From Kudoa neothunni (Eukaryota; Animalia; Cnidaria), in assembly GCA_964304625.1 (NCBI GenBank), contig OZ199838.1, positions 16,785,469-16,849,468 on the forward strand: a stretch of 64,000 bases of DNA, in the 5' to 3' direction. This document shows, one piece after another, positions 44,105 through 61,957 of the stretch. The notes under the pieces are model-generated. The model saw only the letters and a program-made list of their open reading frames with translations. It did no database searches and was not told the DNA's origin. Position numbers and translations under genes: made by a program. Every line of letters starts with the position of its first letter. The first letter of the stretch is position 1.

Positions 44105-45113
44105 GTATAATCGATTAGTCACGTGATATAACAGATTGATAATTTCCTGGTTTAATTCAAAAAAAATTTACAGACTTTTATCTTTTTACAATCATAAAAA
44201 TATTCTGAAACATATCACCTAATATAAACTTTAAATGCTTCGAAATTGATGAAAGTGCCTACTATCGGTTACTTACTGTCGAAAGATTAAAAATGCTAGA
44301 AATATTAAAAATGATTTCTGAATATAAGAAAACGATTAATTAAGTAACAATTCGCGGAGCAATAATGTTTGATTCCGAAAAAATAACCGTGAATATTTTG
44401 TTAACAGAAACAGGATTAGTTAGCACAATGTTTCTCAACGTATTTTTTATCGCGCCCACCTTTTTCGAATGTATTGACTCTTCAGCTTAAACTGTTTATA
44501 ATTTTGAATCAAGCTTCGTGCCACATTAAAATTAGAAAATGACAAATATATATTTATTTTTCGTTAGAATTAAAATGCATTGGATCAGATTTGATTTGAT
44601 TTGATTTAATTTAATTTAATTAATTTATAGAAGGACTTTAAAAGTTAACATTTTTACTGCTTTATTTAGCCAACAACCGCGTTAAGTTAAACTTATGGTA
44701 ATGCAACTCTCATCAGGCAAAACTTTTCTGTATTCGGGGCTTATAAATCCAAATTAAATATTAATATTGAAAATTAATCGATATTGTTTTTGGATGGGTC
44801 AAAAAAAGAGGGGATCACGGTTATAAATGTGATCACATTGGAATTATAACCATTCCGATTCTATTGAGCAAAAACCATGTTAAACGTTTTTATATAATCT
44901 AATCAGTGCTTTTGTATTCTTTTAGGATATTCACATTCGCTTAAAAATAAACAAGATCAAAAATCGAAGTATTGATTCCAATGTGTGTCACACTGCCCAA
45001 TTATCTCATCATTATCCATGCCCCCAAATCAATAAACACTGAGTTAGCAGATAGAAATCGTAAGTCTCAAAAAGAATCCACGAACAAATGTACAACACTA
45101 CTAAAAACAAATT

Positions 45114-45701
45114 CTACAAGTTAAGATCGTAATCATCTTGAACGTCATGGTAGGAAAGAACGTGTTGTCGGATTTTGGAGGAATCGGTCCATGTAATAAA
45201 ATCCTCTTGATCTCGAGTAACAATAAGTGCCGGGTCGGTGACCACATTGGTTCCAATACGTACATGTGAGTGTTCGATGAGGTTGCAAGCGTCTTTCACA
45301 CGTTGTGCCATTCCCAATTTAACCAACACCACACACAACCTTCTTCGACATATTGAGGACACTGAGAGATATTGGCATTCGGAGAATTTTCGATTCTGTA
45401 TCAACCCACAATTATAGAGTTTATCTAAGAGAGCCGTTTGGGTTTCTTTTCGAAAGTGATCATTCACATCCAATTGTTTGATTTTATTGATCAACGTCAT
45501 CACTTCTGCCACCAATCTCTTATATCTAAAAGTGAGTGATTATTTGGGTTGTTAAGATAAATTCCACTTTGAATAATCTTCTCGATTGGTGAGATTGTAT
45601 TTTTGAATAACTTTGGCTTCGTTTTTATCTCCAAGATTCCAGTTACTAACGTCTAATTTTTTGAGTAGTTTCTGTTCGTGAAATTTCAGTTTTCTAACCA
45701 T
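45114..45701 (-). CDS. IMP3: U3 snoRNP protein IMP3, 2 exons
   Basis: MVRKLKFHEQKLLKK N-terminus; S4-like CRRRL..V...IEHSHVRIG..VVTDPA.IVTR..EDFITW..SSKI; one short intron at about 45526-45567. Confidence 0.95.
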
Positions 45702-45920
45702 TTTGAAGAAAAAGGTTGATCAGTGAGTGTGATCCCACAGTTTGGAGTCTCGTTGACAATCATCGCGCGCAGTCATTACAATTTTTCTAAAAATTAACAT
45801 CTACAGAGATGGTATGCAAATGATCGATTAGATATCTTACGCAGAAGTTAAATTTTTCGCAGAAATAATTTTAGTTGACTATTCGAAAATATCTACACCG
45901 ATTAATATTCATTTGCAGAG

Positions 45921-45932
45921 CGCGCATGCGCA
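45921..45932. promoter_or_regulatory. NRF1-like palindromic site CGCGCATGCGCA in the short divergent IMP3/STX8 intergenic region
   Basis: Exact match to YGCGCAYGCGCR in an otherwise AT-rich background. Confidence 0.45.
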
Positions 45933-45959
45933 GACACACAGTTGGTGATAAAAGTAGCC

Positions 45960-47201
45960 ATGGATCGGTATAACGTGCATAGTCAACTTGAACACTGTAA
46001 TTTGTTCCCACCGGTTGCCATATCTCACACTTGTATGTAGTACAATCGAAGTATCTTGGAACTGGCCACAGCGATATCACAAAACAGTAGTCATGGTGAT
46101 TTGCCAATTTTCTGACGACCGTTGTGTTTAGTGAATGGTTAGTCAACCAACACAGAGACAGCATAGCATCTTACATAGGTCATTTTAATATGATCGATTA
46201 TTTTGCGGTGGCTGAGAATGAATCCAAGGAAAGAATAAGATTCAACTTATTGAAAGTATTACCTTGGGTGATTTTCGGTTGGAATTAATAAAAATTATTA
46301 ATCACAGAAAATGGTACAACCGTGTGGTGTAGCTCCTCCAAGAATAGAAAATGATTAGGCGCTCAGATTAAACACGATTTAAACTTGAATTTGTTTTATG
46401 TTTTGTATCATGGTTTTACGTTTATTGCGCACAATAAAATATAATTTCCGACATTGTGATTGAAAAAAAGAAATACATCCATTTTGCAGAAGAAAACGTT
46501 TTTAAGCAGATCACGGAAGACTACGAAGGTGGTCGATCAAATTAGATTGGGGGATTAGAATCGAAAATGAACAACAATTCTGAGAGGTTGATCAACTAAT
46601 TTTTCCATAGCTTCTGCAAAAAATCAATATTCACTAATATACAACTAAATTAGGAATTTGTTGTTTGGTAATACTCCAATAAGATCCACCAGTACCAATC
46701 CATTTGAAGATGAATCATACATCTACAGAGATGACCACAATGACAATCTAACAAATCTACGAAGTCAACAAAGAAGTGCGTTACAAGGTTTGACCTTTTT
46801 TCGGAATAAATATCAGAGGCTGACTCCTTAAATTACCATAGAACAAGACAAGGGATTGAATACATTGTTAGGTGCGGTTAAGAAACAAAAACAAATGGCC
46901 ACAGATATTGGAAACGAGCTAGATGAGCAAGATCGTACACTCTTTGTTTAGCTTGACTTATTTTTTATGCCAAAAATTGAATTATTTTAGAAATGATAGA
47001 TCGGATAGGCATATCCATGCATAATGTTACCGAATCGGTTGCTCTCCAAAATCGACTGACCGAAAAGACATACAGAAAAAGTGGCACATGCTGTAAGTTT
47101 CACTTTGAAAAATATAAATTATCAATTTTTTAGGTATGCACATGATTATTGTATTTTTGCTGGTGGTAATTATTACCGTTTCACTTATTCCTAAAAAATA
47201 A
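45960..47201 (+). CDS. STX8: Syntaxin-8-like Qc-SNARE (5' exons uncertain)
   Basis: Spliced C-terminus EQDKGLNTLLGAVKKQKQMATDIGNELDEQD..IDRI...RKSGTCCMHMIIVFLLVVIITVSLIPKK*; start codon is tentative. Confidence 0.8.
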
Positions 47202-48063
47202 ACTATTCCAATAAAAATAAAATTGATTTTTATATGTTAAGAGGGATTTTTCAGAGTTATATTTCTCTTTTTTTCTCTGCCTAATTCATAATTCGTAGTT
47301 CGCGCTTAATATATAAACAATGATTAGCTCCCACCTCGCAACCTTTTACACATTTAAACTTCATTTTATTGGGGGAAATTTACCCCCTGCCGAAGTGGGG
47401 TCACTCACTGACCTCCCAAAAAACGACGTTGATGAAATTTTACTCCGCTTACACTTTGATCAATCACGTTTAATATTGTGTTAAATTAATAAAAGTCAAA
47501 AAGAAACTGAAGTTTTGTTTCCTTCAATACAAAAAATGACATTTTTTGTCAGTCCCGTCATTTTGTAAATTATTTTGTAAGCATGGTTCATTATCCATGT
47601 AGAAAGATTTAAAACAACCAAAGTTAACGTGATATAGTCGTCAGCCGATTTTTTGCAGAAATTTTATGAAATTATTTATTATAATTGTATACGTTCTTAA
47701 TGTTTATATACACAAATATATTAAACTTAACGGTAGTTTTAGTTTAAATGATTGATTGTAAATGTACAAAATATTAATAAATAACCGCGTGATTGATCGA
47801 TTTTACACACTTTTACCGGGCTTTCTTTTGATCCTTGCATCACAATTCATAGGAAAAATTGAAAACATAAGAACGCTCGAAGAAAAATATTTAACTATAG
47901 ATATTTTGAAAATCTTCCGTAAAAAACTCCAAGATACTTACTGTGAAACAATTTAATCTATAGAATGCAACAACTTTAATAAAGTTTTATTTAAGAAAAT
48001 GTCAAATTTTGTAACTTTTTTAAAAATTTTTGAATAGTTTTCGAATATTATTAAAATTAAAAA

Positions 48064-48105
<42 letters not shown>

Positions 48106-48267
48106 TAAGTGGGGAAAAACAACACAATTCAAAATAACTGATAGTTTTCAAAAATAGACATTAAGAGTAAACTGTTTTTCATCTGTTATAGAACTTTTTT
48201 ACATTTGTATTTTGTTGGTAAAAAGAACCCCAATTTTTTCTTGTACCTCCCTAAAAAGGGATATTAA

Positions 48268-50563
48268 CCCTTTCGTGCCCAAAGGTCATTCTAGGGAACA
48301 ATTGATTATTATGTACATGGCATCTTAATTATAGAGTTTACAACGGTTTATTGTGTTTTCTAAAATTTTGAGGTAGAAGAAATCTCAAAATAAGATAAAA
48401 CATAATTTGTTGAAAAAGCAGTATATTTATATTACAACTTACTTTTCAAAATTATTGATTGGCAAAGTTGTATTATTTGTTGACTTGTCACACTATCATT
48501 ATTAGAGATATCGAAACATTAAAAAAACCAAATTTATATAACAGCGTAAATATTTATTTTTCAATCCTTATATTAAACTTTCAAAACGCATCGAATAAAT
48601 ATATAAAACAAATACGTGTTCCCCATGATGACCTTTGGGCATTCGTGCTTATTTTTTTCAACCAAAATGGATCACGACTTCAACGTCACCAAGTTGAATG
48701 ATGGCTACACTCTAATCGAAGTGATCGTTCTTCCAGATGCTAATTTATCAAATCCTGACACGGTTCCTAGTGATGCGGTTAGGTGTTCAACAAAATTAAA
48801 TGATGTTGATTTATGTGTTTCATCATCAGACGATTTTGAGTGTGACGGTGATAACGCGAACATTAAATGGACACGTGAAGGACCCTGGTCCTCAGTTCCG
48901 CGCGATGTCATTACAGTAGATGAATTGTCCTACCCAATCGATTATTTCAAATTTTTTTAGCGAAGCATTGATCGAAATGATTACAAACGAAACTAATGTT
49001 TATGCAGTCCAATGCGATATAAATTTTCTAACAGATATGAATGAAATCCAAAAGTTTCTTGGCGTAACTATCTTGATGGGAATTGTAAGAATGCCGCGTT
49101 ACCGCTGCTATTGGACTATTGGAGCAGATCATTTGATTATCCACATGTTTGGAACGTCTTTTCAAGAAATAGTTTTGATAAAATCTCGAGATTGATTCAT
49201 TTTAACAATAATGAGAGGATAACAAATGATCAAGTGTCACCCAATTATGATCGTTTCGCTAAAATCCGACCCTTCCTGGAATATCTATGGTCTGCGTTTT
49301 TAAAAGTTAAACCCGAAGTTTATCATTCAGTTGATGGGGAAATGTAAAGCTAAACAATATCTTTCTAAGAAACCAACTAAATTGGGGTTTAAATTATTTG
49401 CAAGATGCAGAACTAATGGTATGGTGAATGATTTCCTCTTGTACGATGTATGATGGAAACGCCCCAGAAATTAATAATTCATGTGATAAATTGTGCGAGA
49501 CTTCCAAGCCATAAAACATTCTTCGTGCACTTCGATAATTTTTTCACCTCTATTCCCTTTCAAAATATTTATATTTTAAAAGAACGTAATATCTACTCTG
49601 TCGGAACCATAAGAAGAAATCGAATTAAAAATTGTATATTAACACCTCCAAATCAATTTGGCAAATAAGGTCGTGGGTCACACGAAAGTTTCTAGGATAA
49701 AAACAAACGGAATAGTGGTAATCCAATGGTGTGATGGCTCTGTAGTTACACTTTCTTCCACACATTCTTCTCCAGAGCCGGTTGGAACAGTGTAGAGATT
49801 TGATAGGCGTACAAAAAGAATGATCACCATTGAATGCCCTAATGTTGTATCGGAGTATAACACAAATATGGGCGAGGTAGACCTATCAGATATGTTGATG
49901 GCGTTATATAAACTAAACCACGAGTGCCGTAAATTTTATACGAAAATATTCTTTTGAGGGTTGAATACAGCCATAACTAATGTTTGGTTGTTATATCGCA
50001 GCCGCGATTCCAAAATCAGGAAAATTCCCTATAAAAAATTAATGGATCTGTCGTATTTTACACAGTCAATCGGAGAACATTTAATTCACTATAAAAAATC
50101 AAATGTAGCAACGAAGCATGTACGTCCTTCCCATGACACATGAACGAACATTGAGTTTGTTAGTTATTCTACACAGAATAGAATTAACAACTTATTTGAA
50201 TCGATCATATCTGATAATGTTGGTCATTACCCCGAAATGGTAGACAAAGAAAGCAGATGTCGATTATGCAAAAGAACGACACAATTCGTTTGTTTTAAAC
50301 GCGATACTCCATGTTGCATAGTAAAAGAATGGAATTGTTTCTATTCTTCTTATAATAAATAAAACTATATAACTACGTAACAATCTATTTTGAGTCACGA
50401 TCATCATTGAAATTTTTTTTTCGCAGGTGCCCATGATGGAAAATGTAAAAAAGTTCCGTTTAAACATTTTATTTAAATTTAAAATTTTTACAGGTACGAT
50501 AAAAAAAGAGTCTTATTAAATGTAATTTTTTAAGCGCGAAATAAAAATTTGGGCACGAAGGGG
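48268..50563 (+). mobile_element. Full-length but decayed piggyBac element
   Basis: TTAA on both sides (48264-67, 50564-67); 16-bp TIR CCC(T/C)TTCGTGCCCAAA; motifs DRFAKIRP, SVD, FDNFFTS, GTIRRNR, YNTNMGEVDLSD and a C-terminal Cys-rich region. Confidence 0.95.
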
Positions 50564-51112
50564 TTAATCATTGGTTGCCTACCGTTTGCCACCAGCGACC
50601 AATCCAACCTCTCATAAACTGACAACTTTCGGTTGTTGTCGGTATACGCAGATTTTATATGTGTGTTGTTTGCTGACTTCTTTTGTAATGAGTTGGTGTA
50701 TTTTGATCGAACTTTGTTGCATTTTGAATTTGAAATCTGTACAATCAGTCTGATACCGGTGCAAAATTACCACCATGTTGTGGGATTAACTTTCGGAACT
50801 TTCTAACCAACTTTACCACGGTAAAGATTTAAAATTTATAATAATAATAATTTACTTGCACAATTAGCTTTAAAAACTAAAAAATAATTATAAAAAGAAT
50901 AAGATGAAATCAGACAGCGATATTAGGACGTTGACACAAATTCTTGTTATGGCGCCATTTTGTAAGGTAAAAATTTACATCTTAATAACATATATCGAAA
51001 ACTCTATTTTTTTAAAATGGAGCCTTAAAGCAATATTCCGAAAAATTTGCAGAAAATAAATTAGTTTTCTATGAGTTATGAACAAAATAACTCTTTTGGG
51101 GTCAGCTAGTTA

Positions 51113-52225
51113 TAGAGCTTAAGATAGGTCCGGTTTTTGTGACAAAACCGAAATACTAAAACGATTTTAAAAATCTATTTCTTAATTAGTATAAATTAGA
51201 TTCTATTATTAATTTATACAGTATTTTAACTAAATAAATAAACGAGGTTTAAAACAATAAATGGAGAAAAAACTTTTTAAAGAGTGACACGTGTTTTAAC
51301 AGTGAACAAATTTTTTATTCAGTATTTGCTATTTGGAGCTATTTTGTTGAGCTTGCTAATGAAAAAGTAAAATGTAACAAGTGTGACTCTATACTTTCCA
51401 ATAAAATTGAGGATCTCTCGCGTATTGACGGAAACATTTCAGAAAATTTAAAAGTGAAATTTATCTAAAGCAGATTCGAACAACATCTCAGTCTCAGTCT
51501 CGTCCGATACATTTATATTTTTAAACTTTGATTAAAAAATTTGTGAAAAGAGTTTTTTATACAAAAGATCTTAAAATTTAAATCTAGAAGAAGCAATCAA
51601 TTCCATTGACCGAATAATCAAATCCAGAACTAAGAACCTTCCGAATCCGAGATGAATTTAGACGATTTGATAAATTACTTATCCGGGCCAAAAAGACACA
51701 AATATTGTCCGGATTGTAACGGAATCCCCAATTCTATTAATCACGATGTGATGTCAGATCGTTTAGAAAGGTTTCTTAAAACTCCTTCTAACTAACGTTA
51801 GACCTACGAGTGTTGTTGACTCAGAAAGATGTTTCTCCTTAATGCAACCGTGTTATTTTCACATTGAGAACAAAGTTGAGCGACTCGAAACTTGAATCCA
51901 TTGTGTGTATTTATGAAAATAGAAATAATTAAAATGGAATTTTTATAATGCATTTGAATAATTATATCATACAATATTTATAATCGTTTTTAAATGTAGT
52001 AACAAATAATTATAAATAAGAAAATGAAATAAACAATAAAAGCTAATATAAAATTTAATTCAACTGGAAAATAATTCGAAATTTTATTTTTAAGAGTGTA
52101 TTGAAACAAAGAACGACTAAAATATGATTTTAATCTATCGGATTTCTACATCTTTTTTTCGTGCAAAAAATTGATAGTGATAATTGAAGAATTATATACA
52201 AAACTGAAAACCGTCTTAACACCTA
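51113..52225 (+). mobile_element. Internally deleted hAT element (BED finger and hATC remnants)
   Basis: AIWSYFVELANEKVKCNKCD near 51330; VRPTSV.DSERCFS near 51800; imperfect termini TAGAGCTTAAGA / TCTTAACACCTA; no TSD seen. Confidence 0.6.
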
Positions 52226-53668
52226 GCCAATACCCCATTTCGGGCAGGTAAGGTTACTGCACGTTATGACCTCATTCATTTAAATTTTCAAACAATTGAC
52301 CACAACTTATAACTTAACTTATAATTGGAAGAGCAATTAAAATTTCGTTTAAATATTAGCATCTATACAAAATTAAATATTAATTAAATTAAATAAAAAT
52401 TATAAACGTATGCGCGATTATTTTTCTATTTGTTTTAAATTTTATCAAACACAAAAATATAATCAAATATTAATCTAACAAACGCTTGAGTTAAATTATT
52501 TGTTTACACAATTTATCTTTTGTTACCAAGTGGTATATTTTGCAATAGTTTGTATTTTTTTCACTCACGTGTGATGGCAAATAATCATAGAAACACGATC
52601 AAAATTTCTTTTAAAATAATGGCAGATTTAATATCAAAATATTTTTATCGTGATTTTTGTCAAAAAACCTCAATTAATGAGTCTCTACATTTATTGAACA
52701 TATTAAATGATAATTTGTGTTTAATGAGCGACGTTTAAAGTAGAATAACTTGATTGTTTACGAACATTATGAATTTTTCACACACTCTATAACAATGATC
52801 ATACTATTTATGAACCCTAAATCGAAATTAATAAAAGACAGCAAAGAAAACAATGAAAGATCGTCACCTGTGTTAATGTTGATTAAATGATTCATTTTCA
52901 ACTAAACGAAATGCGAAACTGAATAAGCGTCTTATCTAGTCAGAACGAGGAAGGGTTAGACTGATTCGAAGCAACAGTGACCAAGGTTCTTAACTCAGGA
53001 TACTCACGAGGTGTTACAGCAATTGTAAATTGTCGACCTAGCCAACCAAAGCTTTATCTTATTAAATTAATAAGTTTTATAAACTAATTAAAATGAATAA
53101 ATGGGGAAATCAACGAGAAACACAAAGTCATAGAGAAATCCACAGCTGTGATAAGATATGTTTAAACGATTATGGGCTCGCGCATCTAATATATTTTGAA
53201 ATTTGGAAAGCGTAGAAGGATAGAAATGCAGTAAGTTTTCACTCTGAATCATTTTCTTGATAAAGGATTGCGAGGCGAATTATTCAAGGGGACTAATATT
53301 TAACACCCTCTGTTTAAACCGGTAAAAGATAATTTCGGTTGAAATAGTTGTTTATTGACTATGCTGATTATTCTATCTATGGACTGTTAATCTGTTTTAT
53401 TGATTTTAGCCTTAGAAAAATTGGGGAATTATATCAGATGCACGCAATATTGAATAGTTTTGTAAAATCGTAGGATTGAACAACCACTATTTTTAATCAC
53501 AAGTCGTGCTAATATTCACGTTATCACACCTAACTTTATCGTTTCCAACAATATGTTATTTGCATTTGGATTTTAGCATCAATTGAAAATTAAGTGGTGG
53601 TAACTAATGGCATACAAATCGAGGCATAATAAACTCTAGTTTACTAACTAGGATTAGAGGGGTTCCAG

Positions 53669-55985
<2,317 letters not shown>

Positions 55986-58900
55986 AAAATGAAAATTTAT
56001 TTTTCTTTTAAATCGTAATGATGGGTTTCAAGTATATTTTATTACATTTTAATACACAATAGAAATCTTTTTTGATCGTGACGTGTTTTCTCTTTTATTT
56101 TGCCGTTGTTTTGATATTTTTTTCACAAAAAATAACTAACTAAATGATGTAAATAATGTCAATCATATCTTGAATTAAATTATAATTATTTTAAAAATGG
56201 CAAAATAATAATTTATTATTAATTTAATTATAATTCAAAACGAAATAAAATTGTATGAAGTCGCCATTTGTAAATGATGTGGCAACTTTTAAAGTTTTAC
56301 GAATAAATAAAAAATTATATTAAATTTGTAAAACAGTTAAAAGTTCCAGAAATTTTTTCTATCAAGAATAAGTTTTATCCACATGGGTATTTGGAGTCAC
56401 ACAACAGCTCGACCCAACTTTATATGAAAACTATTTCATATAGAGATGCAAGATTCGATCACAATATGAAATAATTTTTGAGAAATTTTGAGTCAGTTAC
56501 CCCTTCTCGTATGAATAGGAAATGTGCATTTCGCTTTGTCTTCCAAAGGGGGTGTGAACCTACTTTTAGGTCGTAAGCGCTGCCATGCAGACAGACAAAA
56601 TTTAGATGAGGTGTAAACTGTCTTTTTTCGAATGAGATCTTGACTCCTAATCCAAATAAGAAATTCAGTAACAATATTTTTTACTCGTTTAGAAAAATAT
56701 TCGGATTTAAAACAAGACGTAGGAATCATTTACTCATTTAATGTTTTAGATGTTTTTTTATTTCTTTATTTCATTAAAGAAAAATGCAAAAAACTTAACT
56801 ATGACCATTTAAAAAGTATTAAGTATATTAAACTAGAATTAAATTTTCGAGAGTTTGCTTTTACATGAAATCTTGCCATGGCGTAAAGTTGCGTAGTTGC
56901 GTAGTTGTGTATTGGTTCGTGGCCTTTTATTTGTTGACATTATGGATGATCAAGGCATAATTTTTTAAATGGTAGTATTAAAACTTTATTAAAATGAAAA
57001 ATATAACTCCTTTCTCAATTCAGTTATTTTATAAATTTGCTCATAAAATCATTATACATCTACCATAATTCATCTACGTAAACATCTTTGATATCTCTGT
57101 TTGTAATTTGAAAATTAGAACAAAAGTATATTATTTTAATTTTTGATTGATGATTAATGATTAATGATTAAAATAATGTGGTCCTTATTTTTAATAGGGT
57201 GCATCTATTTATAAATAAATATTTTATATTAAATTAGGCTTATCATCATTTAAAAAATGATTATGTAAAAAGGGAATATTAAAACTTAATAATAGATGAA
57301 TTTTAGATTTATTAAGTAATATTAATTGAATTCAGATCCAAAGAACATACCGTTTTTGCTCAAAACTAAATTAATATATGAAAATTTACTGTCAATATTA
57401 ACTAAGAACACCAAACTATTTTCATTTTCTCAGGGATTTTACAAAATCGGGCTGTGGCCTTTAATGCAAAAAATTATGAGCTAGAAATATGCATATTTGC
57501 CATTTTTTATCTTAACAAGTACTTTTAGGCAATATACGTAGTTACATTTCTTGATCCAGCTACATTTAATTATATTTAGACCATAGCTTCATCCAAAGGG
57601 ACTATTATAATCAAGTATGGTAAAAACTCTTTAGTTTTGAATATTATGGTTTAAAAAATAACAATTTTCATGACATTCTTTAAAAAATTCAATACATTTA
57701 GCGATTTATCATATATATATATATATAATTTTCATCACATATAACATCGTGGTATATCCTTATGCTAAAAAATATATAAATAATCTCTTTTATTAAAATA
57801 TTATAGAAAATTTATATTCTATCACATATTGATTACATTACATATTCCGAGAAATACGGTTAGTTCCCAGTAAGACTTCAACTATACTAACAAGAGAAGT
57901 GGCAAAATAAAATAAAAAAATTGCCTTTTTTTATATTAATATTTCATTGACAAATTTGAAATTTTTGTTATTATAACCGCAAATTTAACTTTAATTCAGC
58001 ACTTGATTAGAAAATCATATTTTTCCTATATATTGACAAAATCATATAATTTTGAACTACAACGAAAGTCAAAAAGTTAAGTAAAATTAACAATTAATTC
58101 GCATAAAATAAAACGAATCCGACACCATGATAAGAAATTTTGAACAGACAATACTATAAATGAATACTAAAAACACTACAGAATATGTTTAAGAAGGTTT
58201 CATTATTAAACTCAGAAGTGTCGAACTATTTTTTCCTAAATATTGTATATAATGAGCAAAAATCTGCCTTGAAATAAGTTAGGTCTAATTTAAAAATTAT
58301 TATTAATCAACAACTGCTACAATAAATCTTCATTAGGTTTTGTGGAGACATCAACTGTTAATTACTATTTTTTCATGCTTACAAAAAGGCTGCTTAAATT
58401 CTTATTTCTATCGTAATAAATCATTGACCAACTTATGTCTAAAAAATTTTGATTGTTTAAAAATTATGTTAGTTATATTTCAGTTTATTCATAAAATTCA
58501 GAATTTTTAAAACTCATTTTGTATATTTGTTTTTTTCATAAATAATGGGGTATATATTCACCATTTCCTTGATTTATTAATTATACAAAAGTAAAAAAAT
58601 CCAATATATATTGAGCATTAGAATTTATGAATTTTTAAAACTTAATTTTTTCAAAAAAAAAACTCAACATGTAATATAAAGAAAGGAAACACTTCATTCC
58701 CAATATTTTTGCTCAAAATAATATATCAGTACAATATTACACACAGAATAGAAGCTTCCTCACAACGCCATATGTCAAAATGCGCAAAGTTCTGATCATG
58801 GAGCATTTGAGTAAACATTTCAAACATTCGGAGGCCGATTAAAAAGCAATAACTATTTTCCTGACTTAGATCATTTAATTTTTATAATACACTAAGTATA

Positions 58901-59205
58901 AAAATCATAAAAATTTCATATCGACTTTACACAATAAAAAACAAGGCAGAGTTAACCCTAAGACAAATTTCGCGACAAAATCCGAAGATTTTCCATCATC
59001 ATAGGACGCAGGCGCAAAACCGGGAGACAATATCATGATTTAGTGCACCTTCAACGATAAATGGACATTTGAATTATATTAAATTATGTTCTATAAATAT
59101 ATGTAAGCCGAAGGTTGGATTAACTATTAATTAAAATGATGATATTATAAGCGCAACGAGGATTGACGACACTTGCCACTTCACGTGCGAAACTATTCCG
59201 ACAAA

Positions 59206-59789
59206 ATGGTACACTTGATTGTTGACGATTTCTCTTTCTTATGTGTTCCTTAGGCTGACCAACAACAACAAGAAGTGAAACAGAGAAAAAGAGTGTTCAA
59301 ACAATACTACTATCGAGGAATAATTCTCGATAAATTGCTCGATATGGATCATAAACAATTCTCCAAAATTGCTCATTCAAGAGCTAGACGCAAGATTATG
59401 AGGGGTAGCATTGTTGAGTGAATTTATTTGTTACACTCTCATAGATATGGATGACAAATTCAAGCACCTTTTGGTGAAGCTTAGAAAGGCCAAAAAGGCT
59501 GCCCCACCTGGTGAGAAACCAGCCATTGTTAAAACTCATCTGAGAAGTATGCTTATCTTCCCTGAGATGGTTGGAAACATCATTGGTATTTACAATGGAA
59601 AAGAATTTGTTCAAGTTGAAATCAAGGTAATCGTTGTTTCATATGCGGACAGTGTTTTTACCGGTTGTTGCTTAGCCTGAGATGATTGGATTCTACTTGG
59701 GTGAGTTCGGTTTGTGTATTCGTCCTGTACAACACGGTAAACCTGGTCTCGGTGCTACCCATTCCTCAAGATTTATTCCTCTCAAATAA
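59206..59789 (+). CDS. RPS15: 40S ribosomal protein S15 (uS19), 4 exons
   Basis: ATG-only first exon; [71 protein letters not shown]. Confidence 0.97.
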
Positions 59790-61957
59790 ACTGTTATCTG
59801 TTTAGTTTGTTGGTACGAGTTAGTCATTGTTTGCTTTTTCTCTGGGTTTTAAGTGGTTTTAATTGAATATTGTTTTCGTATGAAGCTTTGAGCATGGTAT
59901 AAGTTACCTAAGGTTGTGCATACGATATGCGTTTGAACTTTTTTTAAATGCTACACACTTCTGACACCTGTGAGAGAGGCGTTCACTTACACTTAAACTT
60001 AGTAGGTTTCTTGCGTTCAATTGTCGTCGTGTTTTTGAGCGGTAGACATTTAACATCAAATCTCGATAATTTTTGGTGTAAACCTGTGTTGATGCATGTC
60101 ATCCGATTATTACAGTGATGGGCGCAACTTTAGAGGTGCGGGCCACATTGGCGCATCACAGAAATTGGGAGAGCCGCATTATTGACTGTGCGTTTTCCTG
60201 AGAACTAAAATACCTGTTGGTGACTTTGCTAACATTTTTGGTGCAGTAAAAAGGTTTGTATGTAAATTAATTTAAAAACGTTTCGAATTAGATTAAGTTA
60301 ATAAGGAATTATAGATTTTTTTAATATAGAAATGTTGCGACGGGCATTTTATTGTAAATTACGATTGAAATAATATAATAGGCGTTATACTTAATAATCT
60401 TTAATTATAACTGAAGTTATGAAAAGTTAATATTACTCATTAGGTACACATGAAATATTAAAACAATAACTGATGGAATTATTTCATAGTTATTTTAAAC
60501 ATGATATTCAATACAACATATTATTCTTTAAAAAGAGGCCTACGTCATGAATATGAATATAATCAAGATAGTCAAAATTTATTGCATTATGATATTTCAG
60601 ACTACACTAAATTTTTTTTGACTTGAATATCACCAACGATAGAAGTAATGCTCTTAAAATTTATTGCAAAATATGATTTAAACAACATTAAATTATAAAA
60701 ATTGTGATTTTTGTAGGTATCAATGTAGTATTCATACTTTTCAAAGTTTTGCAAAATGTTTCTTTTGAGTAAAAATCCCCCCAAAAAATTATAAAAAATT
60801 CTTATTTGTTAAATGAAATTATTTCTTTTATTTTCACTTAATTATATCAATGGATATAAAATATTTATCTTAAATATTCAACTTTTAATGGATTGGAGTT
60901 GTTTTTTATAATTTTCAAGGTATTTTAAGATCGTTGTTTCTTTAATGTTATCGCTGATTTTATCACTGAATTTCCCATGTTTCGTTTGATGATACCGCCT
61001 TCATGTTATATTCCTTAATACAGTAACTGATTCGAGACAGCGCAAACACACCACTTTTTTCATTGAATGAATGAAGAAATATTGTTGAGTCCGATCATCA
61101 CTAAAATTACGGTTTTCTTCCGAGACGGCATTTATGTTTGGTTGTGTAAAAATGTGTTGTCAAAAAACGACGATTAATAAGGGAAGTTTGAGCACATTAC
61201 CACTCGATAAAATTAAGAAGATAAATAAAAAACTGTTTATACATTAAGTTGATAAATGTTGATACACCTCTATTATAAACATTTATGTATAAAAATATAA
61301 GAATATCTCAACAATTGTACAAATTATATCGATTTTATAGCTTTTTAAATATAGTAATAAGTAATTTTTTCGTTAATAAATCGTTTGTAATGCTTGGTAT
61401 GGGAATGATTCTTATGGTGTTAGATTTCTAATTTAGATATGAGTATTTCAGGCTCATGGTTCTTACTGTTTAGTTTTATTTTTAGATTTTTTTTGTTGAA
61501 ATTAAATCTCATGTACAAATTTTTCCCGAAATTGATAACCTGTTATTTGAATCACATTTGATTTAGACCCCCCTAATCTTTCGGCTTTTAGGGTATAAGA
61601 AGTCAGCTTAGACATGATGACCTCTGTAATATTACCGTATTGTGGGAATAAACATAACAAAGTGCAGTATTTAATGATTTTCCAAATGTTAATTGTTAAC
61701 TCTATAAAAATGATCGCACCGAGGTAGTCATTTGATAACATATTTTGCAACGAATATAGCTCTATCATTTATCTTATCGAGAACGATGTCTTCAATTCTC
61801 CTTCTGACTGTATCACGGGTGGAGGACCACGATTTTCGATTCATAGAAAAAATTGGCGATGTTTCTCAAAGGCTTGCACAAGAGAAATTTCGGCTAAATT
61901 ACCGAATCTATGAAAACTTCATTTTCGATCGGAAATTCAGTTTTAATTTTAGCACAA

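Noticed and set aside
56000-59100. Hidden gene in the UGP2-RPS15 interval
   Set aside because: Very AT-rich; I could not assemble any consistent exon chain or motif
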